Positions 47,325 through 60,039 of a stretch of DNA of 64,000 nt are shown here, piece by piece. The notes below the pieces were generated by a model that ran no database searches, was not told the DNA's origin, and saw only the letters and a program-made list of their open reading frames with translations. Every line of letters starts with the position of its first letter. Within the stretch, counting starts at the first letter, position 1. Position numbers and translations under genes: made by a program. This DNA is from Phoronis australis (taxonomy: Eukaryota > Animalia > Phoronida), in assembly GCA_002633005.1 (NCBI GenBank), contig NMRA01000049.1, positions 573,189-637,188 on the forward strand, written 5' to 3'.

Positions 47325-48143
47325 AGTGTACGCAACATGACTCTAGTACCTCAAAATAAATTTTATTATTATATCTTACTTGATTTCAGTGCCTTTAGTG
47401 CACAGCTCATAAAGAAACACGTAAAAATTGAAAAAAAATAATAATTATGTACAACGTCATGGGTTGAACCCNCGAAATGGGGTTGCACAAAAGCGAGAAC
47501 GAGTTTGATATGTTTTCAGCTGCGTACTTTTATACTTTGAGGCCTTACGAACTGGATCCTCCCGCTAGAGAAGCGGCCTCGGGCTCGGCCAGTCAACCCA
47601 GTCATCCAACAGACGATCCTGAATAAAGAGCCGATGTTTCTGAGTAGTAAATATTGTCCTTTATTGAACCAGGCCTTCATCGTAACATTACATCTCCTCG
47701 GATTGGAGTCGAAACACGACTCCTCAAAGTGGGCAGAACACAGAGTGGCTCCGGACAGAATCGCTTGGTCCACGCTGAGGTCCCACACTCTCGTTCGGCG
47801 CACGAAGCGATGCCACTACTGCGCAACTTTGGCGTCCTTCGGAACACCGAGACGTTCTCCGTCTGACTGCTGTTGCTGCAGCCTCCGCAAACCCATCTTT
47901 TCATCCCTCTACGAACCTTCTCGACGCTAAATATACTTTACTTTCACTTCACTCTATGCACTTAGTTGCTGATCCGAACAGTGTGCAGAACGACTTGGGT
48001 TCAACCCATGACGTTGTACATAATTATTATTTTTTTTCAATTTTTACGTGTTTCTTTATGAGCTGTGCACTAAAGGCACTGAAATCAAGTAAGATATAAT
48101 AATAAAATTTATTTTGAGGCACTAGAGTCATGTTGCGTACACT
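47325..48143 (-). mobile_element. Kolobok-like DNA transposon derivative with decayed THAP domain
   Basis: 147-bp TIRs, AG...CT termini, TTAA flanks; minus strand encodes MKRWVCGGCSN../(F)PKDAKVAQ*WHRFVRR..LCSAHFEESCF (THAP C2CH). Confidence 0.8.
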
Positions 48144-50099
48144 TTAAAGTCATAATCTGACTGCGAATAGCCAAAAGTTGACTTTTGCCTTTTGGGTTTC
48201 TCGAAACGTTTTATCGTCTGTCTAGTAGAGACGTTCTAATTTGTATCTGCACAGAGGCATCTGTAAGCACGCGCTTGACACTAAGGGTAGCAAAAACGAC
48301 TATATACTGTCATGGGAAACAGGAAATAATTATGTTTGTTAGAAAAATTGCAGTACACGAAAAACGAACTGAAAAATGAATCATGAAAAACGATCATTTT
48401 TAGTGAGGACAGCAGTGCGTTTCGCGGAAGAGGAAAATAAGTAGAATTGGTATTACAACAAACCTGCGAATCTATCCGTTTTACTTCCAATGCTCTGAGT
48501 AGATGCGAACCTCAGCGCAGGGCTTGCTTCCTTAGCAACTTCCAACTGAAGTAATGCTTTCTTAACCATCCACTTCAATTTGCCGTGGCGATGAATCATG
48601 TGATAAGACTTCGAGTTGTCGTATTCGGTCATCATTTGCTCTATTGTAGATTGAAAATTCTTTTTTATCAGAAGCACGTGATCGTATTTGTTCGAGAGCC
48701 TTCCGTTTTCCTTGACAAGATCCAGTTTAGACTTGGACGTAGGTTCAGCTGAAATAGGCCGTTGGATAAACAGTTGTCATTCCTACTGTAAGGGACATTG
48801 TCTGGCGTCGATAACGATCCATGATATAAGAATTCCTTGCCCGTCAGAAAAGCCGGGAAGCCTGGAGTCCCTGACCTAGGAATTGAAATATTTTTTCTTC
48901 CAGAAATTTAAACCTTTAATGCGGCTATAAGCCCGCTCTCCATCACAAAAACAAATTTTTGTTTAGACCACTTACCATTATAAAATCTCCAAAACTTCCT
49001 TCTTTATGCCCTAGGCGACCACTTACAAAAACTGCAACTGGAATTCCCAAAGTCAAAGCGTTAGTAGCGCTTGTCGATTTTGTAAACTGTGCATTGGGCT
49101 TAATTGTCAAACTTGGTTCAAGCTTTTTGGGGTTGTCGAGGCCCTCAGCGTATTGTTTGTTTTCAAAGAGTAAACCAAAGTGATGTAGGAGCAGTTAATT
49201 TCAGTTGCTTTTAACGGACTTCAGGCGTACAGTCGCAACGTATGGAATCGCAGTTCAAACGTTCGAGACAAAAATGATGACTTTACCTTCTGGCGGTTTA
49301 TTTGGTTCTTGTGCGACTTCCTCTCTTGACATCCATTCTTTTAAACTGTGCGCTCGCATCAGTTTTTTAGTCCGACTTTCTGAAACATATGAGCGCTCTC
49401 TGACAAATAGCCTTACACTAGATTAACGACTGGTCATTGGACTAGAATTATGATGTACAAAGGCGTCTGCTGAATAACAGTCTCCGACTTCAGGGACATG
49501 CCCATGAAAGACGCAGCCTCTGACAGTACTGACCACTGTTGTATTCTTTTTCCACAGGCAAGAGGCAATGAATCCTATGAATTTTCGTGAATTGGAAATT
49601 TCACCTGTTATGGTTGAATTTTAAATGTTTCGATAAGTTCTGAATCGTATTCGATTGTGTAATGTGTATTGTTACTTCATTCCAGGTTCCAGTGAATTCA
49701 AAACTTGGAGTTATGTTCTGGGACACCATTTTCATGGTTTTGTATTCTTCAAACCTGCAACTTGAAACTTCGAATCTTAAACCTCGAAGCTGGTCCCGGG
49801 TTCAAGTGATTTCAATATTTCTCAAGGTCTCCCGTTTAACAATTTTCAGACAACCCTTCATCTTTGAAAATTTCATTACTAACTGTGTTTTACCACTTGT
49901 CCATCCATTTTTCTAATTTGTCAATACTTGCGACATAGCTCCAAAAGCAATCCTTGGGATCGAGACCTGTTAGGGTTCACCAGTACCCAGATTCAAGATA
50001 ATTGTTCTAGAAGAATATTCTCTTTACTAACAAACGTTGCTTGTGTCGACTTCGCTGTGAATTGTCCAGAGTACTAAACGCAAATATCTCTTTTCTACG

Positions 50100-50494
50100 G
50101 TGGCCCGAAAGTATCATCGCTATTTTAGTTTATTAATTATTTTATTTTTCCTTTTCCACCTAGGTTGAAATAATTTCCACCCGGGTGAAAATAATTTCCA
50201 CCTAGGTTGAAATAGTTTCCACCCGGGTGAAAATAATTTCCACCCAGGTTGAAATAGTTTCCACCCGGGTGAAAATAATTTCCACCTAGGTTGAAATAAT
50301 TTCCACCTAGGTTGAAATAATTTCCACCTAGGTTGAAATAATTTCCACCCGGGGGAAACAATTTCCACCTAGGTTGAAATAATTTCCACCCGGGTGAAAA
50401 TAGTTTCCACCTAGGTTGAATTATTTCCACCTAGGTGGAAAATGAAAAATGAAAAAATATTTAAACAAAAGTAGCGATGATACTTTCGGGCCAC
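50100..50494. mobile_element. MITE with 23-bp TIR enclosing a 21/22-bp satellite
   Basis: gtggcccgaaagtatcatcgcta / tagcgatgatactttcgggccac; ~13x ttccacctaggttgaaataat. Confidence 0.9.
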
Positions 50495-51454
50495 ATTCAC
50501 CCATACGAACACGGTGTAAATGTAAATTTACATTTACACCCGGGTGTAGATTTATGTATGGTGTATATTTACGCACGGGTGTAAAGTGCTGCATATAAAG
50601 GGGGCTAAGAATTCGAATGAACTGAAACTTGGAACCTAGAACTATGTCCGAGGTTCTAGGTTCCTAGGTTAAGAAAAATGAACCGCAGAAATAACAATAA
50701 CAACATGGTTCCAGGCGCTGAAGCCGCAGGTATCTGGCGGTGGACATGACTGTTCATCCATGAACAACCCTGCCCATGTGGCACATACTGAGCCACAACA
50801 CCACGTTCCTTACAATATCTCTTTTTATCATTCCGGTTGGTCTGCTTACTCAGTTTGTCCGGAACCGGCTTTGCAGGTTGTTATAGCCCAGTTGGCTGTT
50901 TGGTGTACCCACTTGGTACTTTATATGATATTTGCCTATTTGGCAGTTTGTACCCACTTGGTACTTGTTATTGAATTTGCCGTTTTGCTCAACCCAGTTG
51001 GTAGGCTGATTTTGATTCTCGCAATACGCCAGCCGTCTGGAATTGGTGGCAAAAATTTAAACAGCAAAGAATTGTGGACTAGATCACGAACTTAGCTTGT
51101 TTTTATTTGTAACTGATCATTATTATCATGCCTTTGGGTGTATTTTTTAACTTATACGGCAGTTCGTGAACCATCTATTTCGGAACTGATCCTTGTCTCC
51201 CGTGTAAGTACACTTAATACAGCGTCACAAATATTCAATGAGTCTTCGAGAATCTGAAAGTTTATCAATTCATGACAATTCCTGGATTTTGTGGTCGTAC
51301 AGGACGCAGGCCATAAGGTTACATACAGTAACACGGTTAGCAGAAAGTCCCTGGCTCGAGCCCCGGACGAGACAAAGAACTTTTCGGACTTAACTATAGG
51401 TCACGTGATGTGACCAATATATGGAGTACTTCAAGAAGACTTATAATTTGTACT

Positions 51455-52337
51455 TTTATCCCATACGCGTTGAATCTGTTGAGGGAAATACGGCCATGTA
51501 ATAAAGTTTTCCGTATTCACCTCCCGCACTACTTCAACAGTGACCCTGACATTGAAAGTTCAAAAGGTAGGTCAATGTCGACTCGACGTCTTCAGCCGGT
51601 TCGATCATCAAACTTTCCGAATATAGTTTAAAGTAATACAGTTGCAGCAGTATAAATAACACTCGACATGCAACCAGGCCCTAAACGTAAAATCTGAAAC
51701 AAAACTGTTAATTATATGACACTTATGTCTCAAATTTCAATTACTGAATACTATATCGTCTGCAACACAGACGCCGATTCCTAGGAAACTACAATATCAA
51801 ATATTGTTGTTTTTTAACTGTTTCCAGGAGATGTTACAAGTTCACTGCCCAGTTGCCGTTGTTTTCATCTTTGTTACCTCTTTTCAAGAAATAAATCGTT
51901 AATTTTAAAACCATTTTTTATAAGAGAAAACTTGCAACCTAACGCGCAAGTACATACATACATGTATAGGATGTGATCCGCCATGTGAAGAGTCTGGCTG
52001 AAGCATTTAAAAAATCTGCCGAAAAAATGTAAGAAACTTAGAAATTCGAAGCGTATGGAATGAATACACAAAAGGTACCTCGACTGGCGTGCATGAAGTA
52101 ATATCGCACTCGTGCGATATTACTTCATGTACGCCACTCTCGGTACGTTTCGTGTATTTATCCCATACGCGTTGAATCTGTCGAGGGAAATACGGCCATG
52201 AAATAATGTTTTCTGTATTCACCTCCCGCACTACTTCAACAGTGACCTCTGACATTGAAGGTTCAAAAGGTAGGACAATGTCGACTCGACGTCGTATAGC
52301 CGGTTAGATCATCAAACTTTCGAAAAATAGCTTAAAG
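51455..52337. repeat. Dispersed repeat family: ~175-bp direct repeat (51455, 52157) plus long hairpin 52075-52146; relative at 56776-56940
   Basis: tttatcccatacgcgttgaatctg twice; gcgtgcatgaagtaatatcgcac/gtgcgatattacttcatgtacgc. Confidence 0.8.
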
Positions 52338-52339
52338 TA

Positions 52340-53449
52340 TACTCGGGAACCCAATGGTCGTCCGCCTAAGCATAAAAAACAACTCAGGGATTGTTTATGC
52401 AATGCATCTATTTGTCCCAGGCACTAACCGACACCCGTTAGGCCAAAGGAAAAACGCAGCAAACAAATGGAACACACTGGGTGCTTAACAGTTTCGGCCC
52501 AACGCCTTGGTCATCAAAATATTGTCCACTTGTTTTTTATTGCAAAACAAAGTACCGAGCTCAACATTTATGTTGAGAATTTAGGTTAAAGCATTTTGAA
52601 TTTATTTGAAGAAAATTAAAATACTTGAATTGATAGAGAATGGCCACCAATAAAGTAAAACATTGACTTTATTTCACTATATTGCATTGTTACATGCAAC
52701 ACAGACATAATCAAAAATAAAAGAAGAGATTGAGCAATAAAATTCAAATGCAACTTGTGTATTTATTTATTTATTTATGATTGCAGAAGCCTGTTAAAGA
52801 TGAGATAAAATCAAACAATACGATTATGGGTAATTTATTAGAACAATTGCATCGAGGTTCAATGATCAACTTGCGCCAACAAAGTCTCAAAGGGTTACAG
52901 TTCTCTTTTGGCTGACAAGGTGTTAACAGAGAATGAAGAAAAACTGAAAAGAAAAAGAAAGACAGAAGAGATAAGTTGTGTTAAGAACAACAAGAGCACA
53001 AAATCAAATAAAGAGGAAACAAATAGAAAATAAGTAAGGTCTATCTGGAATAAAACAATTGCGATTTATTTTCCAGAACTGAAATTCTAAATCAATCGTC
53101 TAAATCAATTTTAATCGATTTAAAAATCGATATCATACTAGAAAAACAGTTGTGGTTGAAGTAGAATTGCTGTAAACCCCTTTGCACTTTTTTGGCCTTT
53201 TTCTGTGTGGTTTTCTGTTCTTTCAAAAGGCGGCGGCATACGGCGACCATAGGAGTCATGATTATAAAGCAATGCACATTTGAACAACTCGGCATAAGTA
53301 AAAGAAAACGTTTGAATCAACGAATAGTATATATTTGTGAGAGTTAAATCAAATCCTATTCAGAGCATAACTTTAAAGTGGAATAATTGGGTGAGTACTA
53401 CAACAAGCCGGTTTTATGCTTAGGCGGACGACCATTGGGTTCCCAAGTA
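52340..53449. mobile_element. MITE with ~38-bp TIRs, TA-flanked (Tc1/mariner-like)
   Basis: tactcgggaacccaatggtcgtccgcctaagcataaaa / ttttatgcttaggcggacgaccattgggttcccaagta. Confidence 0.85.
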
Positions 53450-53455
53450 TATAAT

Positions 53456-54524
53456 ACTACATGGTATGACACTCCCGACTAGAAATTCCACGGGTGCTTC
53501 ACTTCAGCCGTCCACAGTGTTACTGCAGACTGCCATGTTATGTTATTCTGATTTAGGCGTACGAATACGCTTGTTTCCCGCCATGTAAGAAGACTTGCTA
53601 CTGCGTAGTTCTTGTTCCAGATGTCGCTCTCTCTGACTATTTATTCTCGTACCGCCCTTTTTGAACGCCATTCCACAAACGTTTTTATGGTGGATAAACG
53701 TCAATGTACATAATTATTTTCTTCGGATTTTGGTTGGACTTGGGGCGATATTGGCGTAATGAGTACTCATGTTTCTTACAATCCAGTTTATTTGCTTTCA
53801 TTAGTATATTAGTTTTCCATGATCTCTCAGGTGTACTTAATGTTTTGAACGCTTGCTATTAATGTATACCCTTTGCCAGTTATCATTTTTCTTGGGCGTT
53901 GTCCTCCTAATTGTTACTATATATAAATGGTAGAGCGCTATGCAACGTGTAAACTTGAACATAGTTTTTTTTTGTTATTTCAGTTTACCTACTACTACTA
54001 CTCTACTATCATGCCTTCTACTACCGCTACATACTCTGTCAATAAAGAGTAAAGCCCCCTGAGCCTGTTTGTTTTGCTCCAACACATAGCAAACGCAAAT
54101 CTCAATAAAGTTACACAAAACAGAGGTTCAACAAACCATAAGGAATAGTTCTTTTCTCCCAATACCATTTACGGTGTCCTGCTTCACCCAGTTCGCACGG
54201 AAAGTTACGAAATCGTGACAATCGGCAATTGCCGTTCATCCGTAACTCATCGGATAATTCCGCAGTAATCGTCCTTGACCTTCGATTTACAAAGGAGTTC
54301 CTCCGGACGTATTTTTTGGCAAGATTTTTGTGCTTTGACCTCGAACTTCTTGCGAACTGGGTGAAGCAGGTCAGGACATCGTAAATGGCATTGGGAGAAA
54401 GAACAATTCCTCATGGTTTGTTGAACCTCTGTTTTGTGTAAATTTATTGAGTTTTGTGTTTGCTGTGGACGGCTGAAGTGAATCACCCGTGGAATTTCTA
54501 GTCGGGAGTGTCATACCTTGTAGT
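53456..54524. mobile_element. MITE with ~135-bp TIRs, left TIR interrupted by a solo LTR
   Basis: 53456-53517 plus 54090-54160 together mirror 54393-54524. Confidence 0.85.
53518..54084 (+). mobile_element. Solo LTR (567 bp)
   Basis: TGTT...AACA termini, 5-bp TSD CACAG/CATAG, TATA-like ~53918, AATAAA 54041. Confidence 0.75.
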
Positions 54525-57500
54525 CATGATAGTGTATTGTGGACGATCAGAAGCTGAGAACGCCTGTGGGTAGCTGTATGAACAGACTGTCGTATATTTG
54601 GTATACAGCTTTGTTCCAAGGCTACAGAATCCATAGAAATGCGACCAAACGTACCTGCAACAACGCTACAACAGGCATATTCGCCGGAGCTGTCATCAAC
54701 GGTGGCACTTTAAGTTTTAACCTCTTCGTGAAAACAGACGACGTGTAGGCATAGACTACAGATAGGGACTGCCAACTCCCGTTAGAGCGCGTTGCGCATG
54801 TCGCGGGCCACGGGACATAAGCACTAACGATGAGAGGGCGCTGCACACGCAGGATAGAAAACTTCCGGTTTTATGGAGCGGTCGTTCCCTCGGTTCAAGA
54901 TTTGGTAAAGTAATGAGTCGAATTGCTTGATTTTTTGGAGTGTTTAAGACTTGTAAAAATAAAATGCGTCATGTCATTTAAAACATTCACAAGATAATTC
55001 AGACATGTTATGAGTTATTAACGCCAGAAACGTCTTCAGCTGATTTTCCGGTGTTTATCATTTACACTTACACAGTCGCATCAGCTGATTTTTTGTTGCA
55101 ATTAGTATTGATGTTTGTTTAAATTGAGTACCGTACAAATCAGCTCATAATCATAAGCACAAGTATTAACCAACAAAAATGAATTTGTAACAATGTTACA
55201 CAACAAATATTTGTAATTCACACACAGTTTGTTCCAGGGGGAAGGCCAAAGGCTAACTGACATTGACATATCGTTTGCAAAACTTGAGTGTCAAAAACTT
55301 GTGTGTCAAAACTTGCTGTCACTACTATCATAGGCCAAAAGTACATTGTAAGGCAACTTCTAAACATAGCTACGATTATGCAAAATTGGTTCGATACATG
55401 ACACTTGTTGCTGTTAACAATCTTTATTCCATTCCATTCGTATCGTCAGAACATTGGTAAAGAAACTGACCAAGAGACGACAAACGATATTTCGAAAATA
55501 CTTGTTTCATCAAGTTGAAATAAAATGACAGTAATACCACCACAAAGTAAAAGCTAATCAAATGTGCAATGGTACTCAGCAGGTGTGAAATACTGCAAAG
55601 ACTGACAAATGGAGGGGGTAACAAGAATGTCTGAATGACAAAATCCTGGCTAATACTCTGCTCTGGTCCCCCTAACACAAAATCCTGGATCCGCCCCTGG
55701 ATATACATATCATTAAAATCGGTTCAGTAACGGCCATTTAGCAACTGAAAATTTATCCCCTTCTCAAGTGTTGCGGTACTTCGATTTTTAAAAGTATTCA
55801 TGAATGCCCCCATTAGTTGAAACGGATATCAATATAAAGAAGAAAGTTTAAATATTTCGATGGCATACTTTTCACTTTCCACCACTTTTCATCATGCTAA
55901 TATATATGAGCTTCTGAAAATCATGCCGATGAAAAATGGCAAAATTTCGCTCTTGCTGAATTTCGGGTAAACCATGGCTTATGTATTGTAAACATAGTGA
56001 CGAATGAGAAACTGCATTTAGGTCGATCCAAAATTCATACAAAATCACAAAATTCAAACTAAATTTCATCGTAAATGACTGAGAATTCAACTGGTGAAAA
56101 GAATTATCCATTTAGCTCAAACTTTTCATTGGGCCAAACTCCTCGATTCGTGTGTTGAACTGAGCCAGCAAGCGGGCCGATCAACAACTTTTCAAGTTAA
56201 TTCCGACACGTTTCGTACCAATAATCCGACTTGAATGGCTCGCACACGCGATTTAGTTTGCATTAAACACAACAAATTAATTTTAAACTCAAAAATTTGC
56301 TTGACGTGCGTGAAATAAAAACGAAAGTTCACCTTCGTTACTATGCTTAGCCATGAGACCGGAAGTTTTGAATCCTGCTCACGTACTTTTGCGTTAGGCC
56401 GCGAGACTTCACGGAGTCGCGAATCTCTTTACTAATATCTATGGTGTAGTCTACGCGCTCCGGTCAATGACCTAGTTTCATGAATGAGTGCAGCTACTCG
56501 ATGAGGATTTTACAATGTTATAAACATTCTTGTTATTCATTTATTTTCGAAATGTGATACAAGTTCAATGCACAATAACAGTCGTTTTCACACTTTCTTT
56601 TTATCAATTTCAAGTGATAAACCGTTGCATTTAAAACTGTTTTCTTTTACTATAGTAAGTTAGAAACATGACGCGCACGTACATACACAACAGGTTGTGA
56701 TTCGCCACGTAAACAGTCAAGGTGAAGTATTTATAAAATGCCGTAAGAAAACAAAAGAAACTCAACGAACTCGATGCGTATGGGATAAATACAAAACGTA
56801 CCTCGAGTGGCGTACATGAAATAATATGCCACTCGACCTTATTCCGCGTATCGACCGAGACCGAAGTTCGAGGTCGATACGCGGAATAATGTCTCGTGGT
56901 ATATTACTTCATGTACGCCACTCTCGGTACGCTTTGTGTATATATAGCTATACAGTAACATTTTCCTATAGATTGGAATATGCTAAATTCGATTAGATTT
57001 TAAGCATCATGTCTCTGGTAGATTGCATTCAATTGAAACTTTTTGTAAGTTATGCACTCTTCTCTAAAAGCTATTATGAATTATTTTTGATTTCTTCTTT
57101 TTTTGCACTAAGAGCTAGTTTGTAAAAAAATTAAAATCATTTTTTCGGATGAAATTCTTAAGTCGGGTGAAGGGCGAAGGACAGATCAGACGTATGACGA
57201 GCGTTCACATGTGATTTGTTTTCAGAGAGCAGACAATCGATGTGCCTTGTAATCGGAAAGCATGTGAACGCTGTGTATTTCACTGCATTTTTAAGTTTCG
57301 AAGATCGCCAATTTCGAGTTCCAAAACTACAACCATATTATTGTTCATCTTTAGGTCCGTTCATGCAGAACATGAACGCAAACTTGTGCACTTTTCCATC
57401 TCTCAAATTTTGAAGAATATATCCCCGGAAAAAAACTCAAGCGCGTAAAAAATGAAGACACAGCGCACAAACGCATTTTCGATTGACCTTTAGCGGTTAG

Positions 57501-58204
57501 ATAATGTAGTAGAACATACGTCTGCGTCGCCATCTGCTGCACGAAAATGCTGAGGTTCGGGTCTCATGGTTTGGTTTCATCTTATTTGAAAGACCTGTGT
57601 TCCACAATACATTGAGGATATACATCAATTCGCCAACTACAAGAAGAGCAATCAAACTGGCCATCATCAGTTGTTTCCTTTCAATCAAAACCCCCAAAGC
57701 AAATGACTGGGTCATTGGTTCCACTTCGGACGCCCTGTAAGTTCACCGTTTGACACGTGGCGTGTGGACATGATCTATTTAGCAAAGTGTAATAGATTAA
57801 AAACCGTTATCTCCTTGTACCTTTTCGACATTTTTCAGACAAAGCGTGCCTCATATTCTAAATTGATGTTCATCTTGTCCCCGCTAAAAATTAAGTGCAC
57901 TGTATTTTTTGAATTCGTTTTTAATAAAAGCAATGTCGAAAAAGTCGGTATCTCAACACAAAAATAGCAAGCAATGTCTCAAATATTCAAAAGTACAAAA
58001 ATAACACTGACATTCATATTCGGTTGACGCACACTCTGCTCACACTTGCGATATTTTTCAATTTTGTTTATAGAACCTGATCATTTTTGCGGAATTGATA
58101 GTATGAACGTTCTTTAATATCCGGATTTTTTTGTTAAAAAATGGCAAACGTTTGGTCACATGAGATGACCTGGCTAGATATGGCTCTTAATATTTTTTAC
58201 TCAC

Positions 58205-58400
58205 CGACAATATGGCGAAATGTCCTCTTACTGTCCGGGAGATTAGGTGATGCATCTGTTCCCGTTTCACAGTTATCACCTGAAGCAAAACTTCGCACCC
58301 GAGTCAGAGGTGCGGTTGCCACTATTAACGTTTTCGATAACGAAGCATTGAGCATTTCCGCAATCGATGGCGGAGAGGACCCGTCGTCATGATTAAACAT
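58205..58400 (-). CDS. Candidate upstream exon of the same minus-strand gene (MFNHDDG...KRTFRHIV)
   Basis: Ends GTCG|gtgagt, phase 1, matching the acceptor at 45410. Confidence 0.4.
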
Positions 58401-59239
58401 ACCTTCTGCTGGAGTGTCACTTTATGCCGACCGATGATAGGGGGGAAATTGTTTGACTATGGAAGTGTACAAACAAGTTTTGAATAAACTCCAGTGGCTA
58501 TATATACACAACCCTAGTCGTTGTCGCGATTCGCATTCGTCCGAGATATATCTGTCGAATATTTTAATCTTATTAAAGAGCGCAGTTGTTTCGTTTCTCA
58601 GAAAACACGTCAGATCAAATCGTTGGGAATTGTCAAATCTCCTTTTGACTGAAAAAGTTGGTGAATCCTTTACATACAGAAATTAATTACAAAAACGTGT
58701 CGGCACTTTTCGTCTCACCAGAGAACTGTTTGCTATTATGGCGTGCATATCAGCACTTGATTCGCTCCTCTTGTTCAGTTGGTCCGGCCAATATATCTGG
58801 TTCCCGATGACGACTCCAGACTTACAATTCAATAAGGGATGCGTTCTGCAGGCGCGAGAAATCAGCGAAAAAGCAAGTTCACACAAGACCACGTAAAATC
58901 ACGTGAGTCAAAGGCCGCGGCATTGGCCAGTATGATAGGGAAGTTGCTACCGTGCCCTAGCAAAATGACAGCACCTGAATTATGGAATAAAATTCATTGT
59001 TTCCGTTCCACGAAAGAAGATGTATCGCCACAGGTGCCTCGCGAGTGCCTGATGTCTTTGGCGGTCGATCATGCTTGAACTGGGAAATTGATTTTTTGTC
59101 AAAACTATGTGTACAGACGTCACTCTATTAAAAACCATATTGTTTAGATATAATATAACTGATCAAAGCTGGCTCGTATAGTGGGAAGAAAATTTTAGAG
59201 GGAATCAAATAGTTCAGTTATTCATGGTTGGAGGAGAAG

Positions 59240-59575
59240 TAGAGAAGACTGTGGATTAGTGGTTTGAACTCCGAACTCCCTCTTGGGAGACGTGGGTTCG
59301 AATCCATGTGTTACTGGCAGACAGTGGAGCATCGCACAAAGGTGACGGTTGCAAAGGAGACTGTGAGGCTCAGTGGTTTGAACTCCGGAGTCCCGTTCGG
59401 GAGACCCGGGTTCGAATCCTGGTCTTGCTGGCAGACAATCGAGCATTGCACAAAGGTGATGGTTGCAGAGGAGACTGTGAGGCTCAGTGGTTTGAACTCC
59501 GGACTCCCGTTCGGGAGGCCGGGGGTTCGAATTGTGGCCTTACTGGCAGACAATAGAGCGTTGCACCAAGGTGTC
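59240..59575 (+). mobile_element. Tandem array of three ~113-bp tRNA-derived (SINE-head-like) units
   Basis: A-box ggctcagtgg and B-box gggttcgaatcc in each unit; no clear acceptor stem. Confidence 0.75.
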
Positions 59576-60039
59576 TCCTACTGCTGCGAGCTCGGTCTTA
59601 ATAGCGAATGTATGCAAGGGAATGAATGAGAACCTGGATATTATGTGAAGGCGATTTCTGGTGCTGTGCTTAAAAAAAGAAGCAGCTTGAGTCACTGCAT
59701 TTTTGTAATATCTTGAAAGTTCTTAAGGTGTTTGTCTTATCTAGAACCAAAGAGGGTTATTTTGTTTCCACTGAAGATTCTAGGAATGTGAAAACGAAAA
59801 CAGTGAGTCGCCGTGATTGTTTTGTAAACTAGAGTGTTTGCTAAGAGATGTGTGTAAACGATAATTTCTAACTGGTCTGTTGTTTGAGTTTGATTGCAAA
59901 TGAAATTGTTTTGAAAGTAATGTGGAAATTGTTTGTGTAAAAACATGCAATATATGATCGAGCAGCATATATTAAAAGTGCCTTCAAGTATTTTAAAAAT
60001 TTCGCGTTGGATTTGTATGGGCAAAGTTGCGTGAGATTA

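Noticed and set aside
49880-49915. Walker A motif (GWTSGKT) on the minus strand
   Set aside because: Spacing does not fit GxxxxGK[ST] and the frame is interrupted
59240-59575. Functional tRNA genes
   Set aside because: No acceptor stem and imperfect anticodon stems; SINE-like instead
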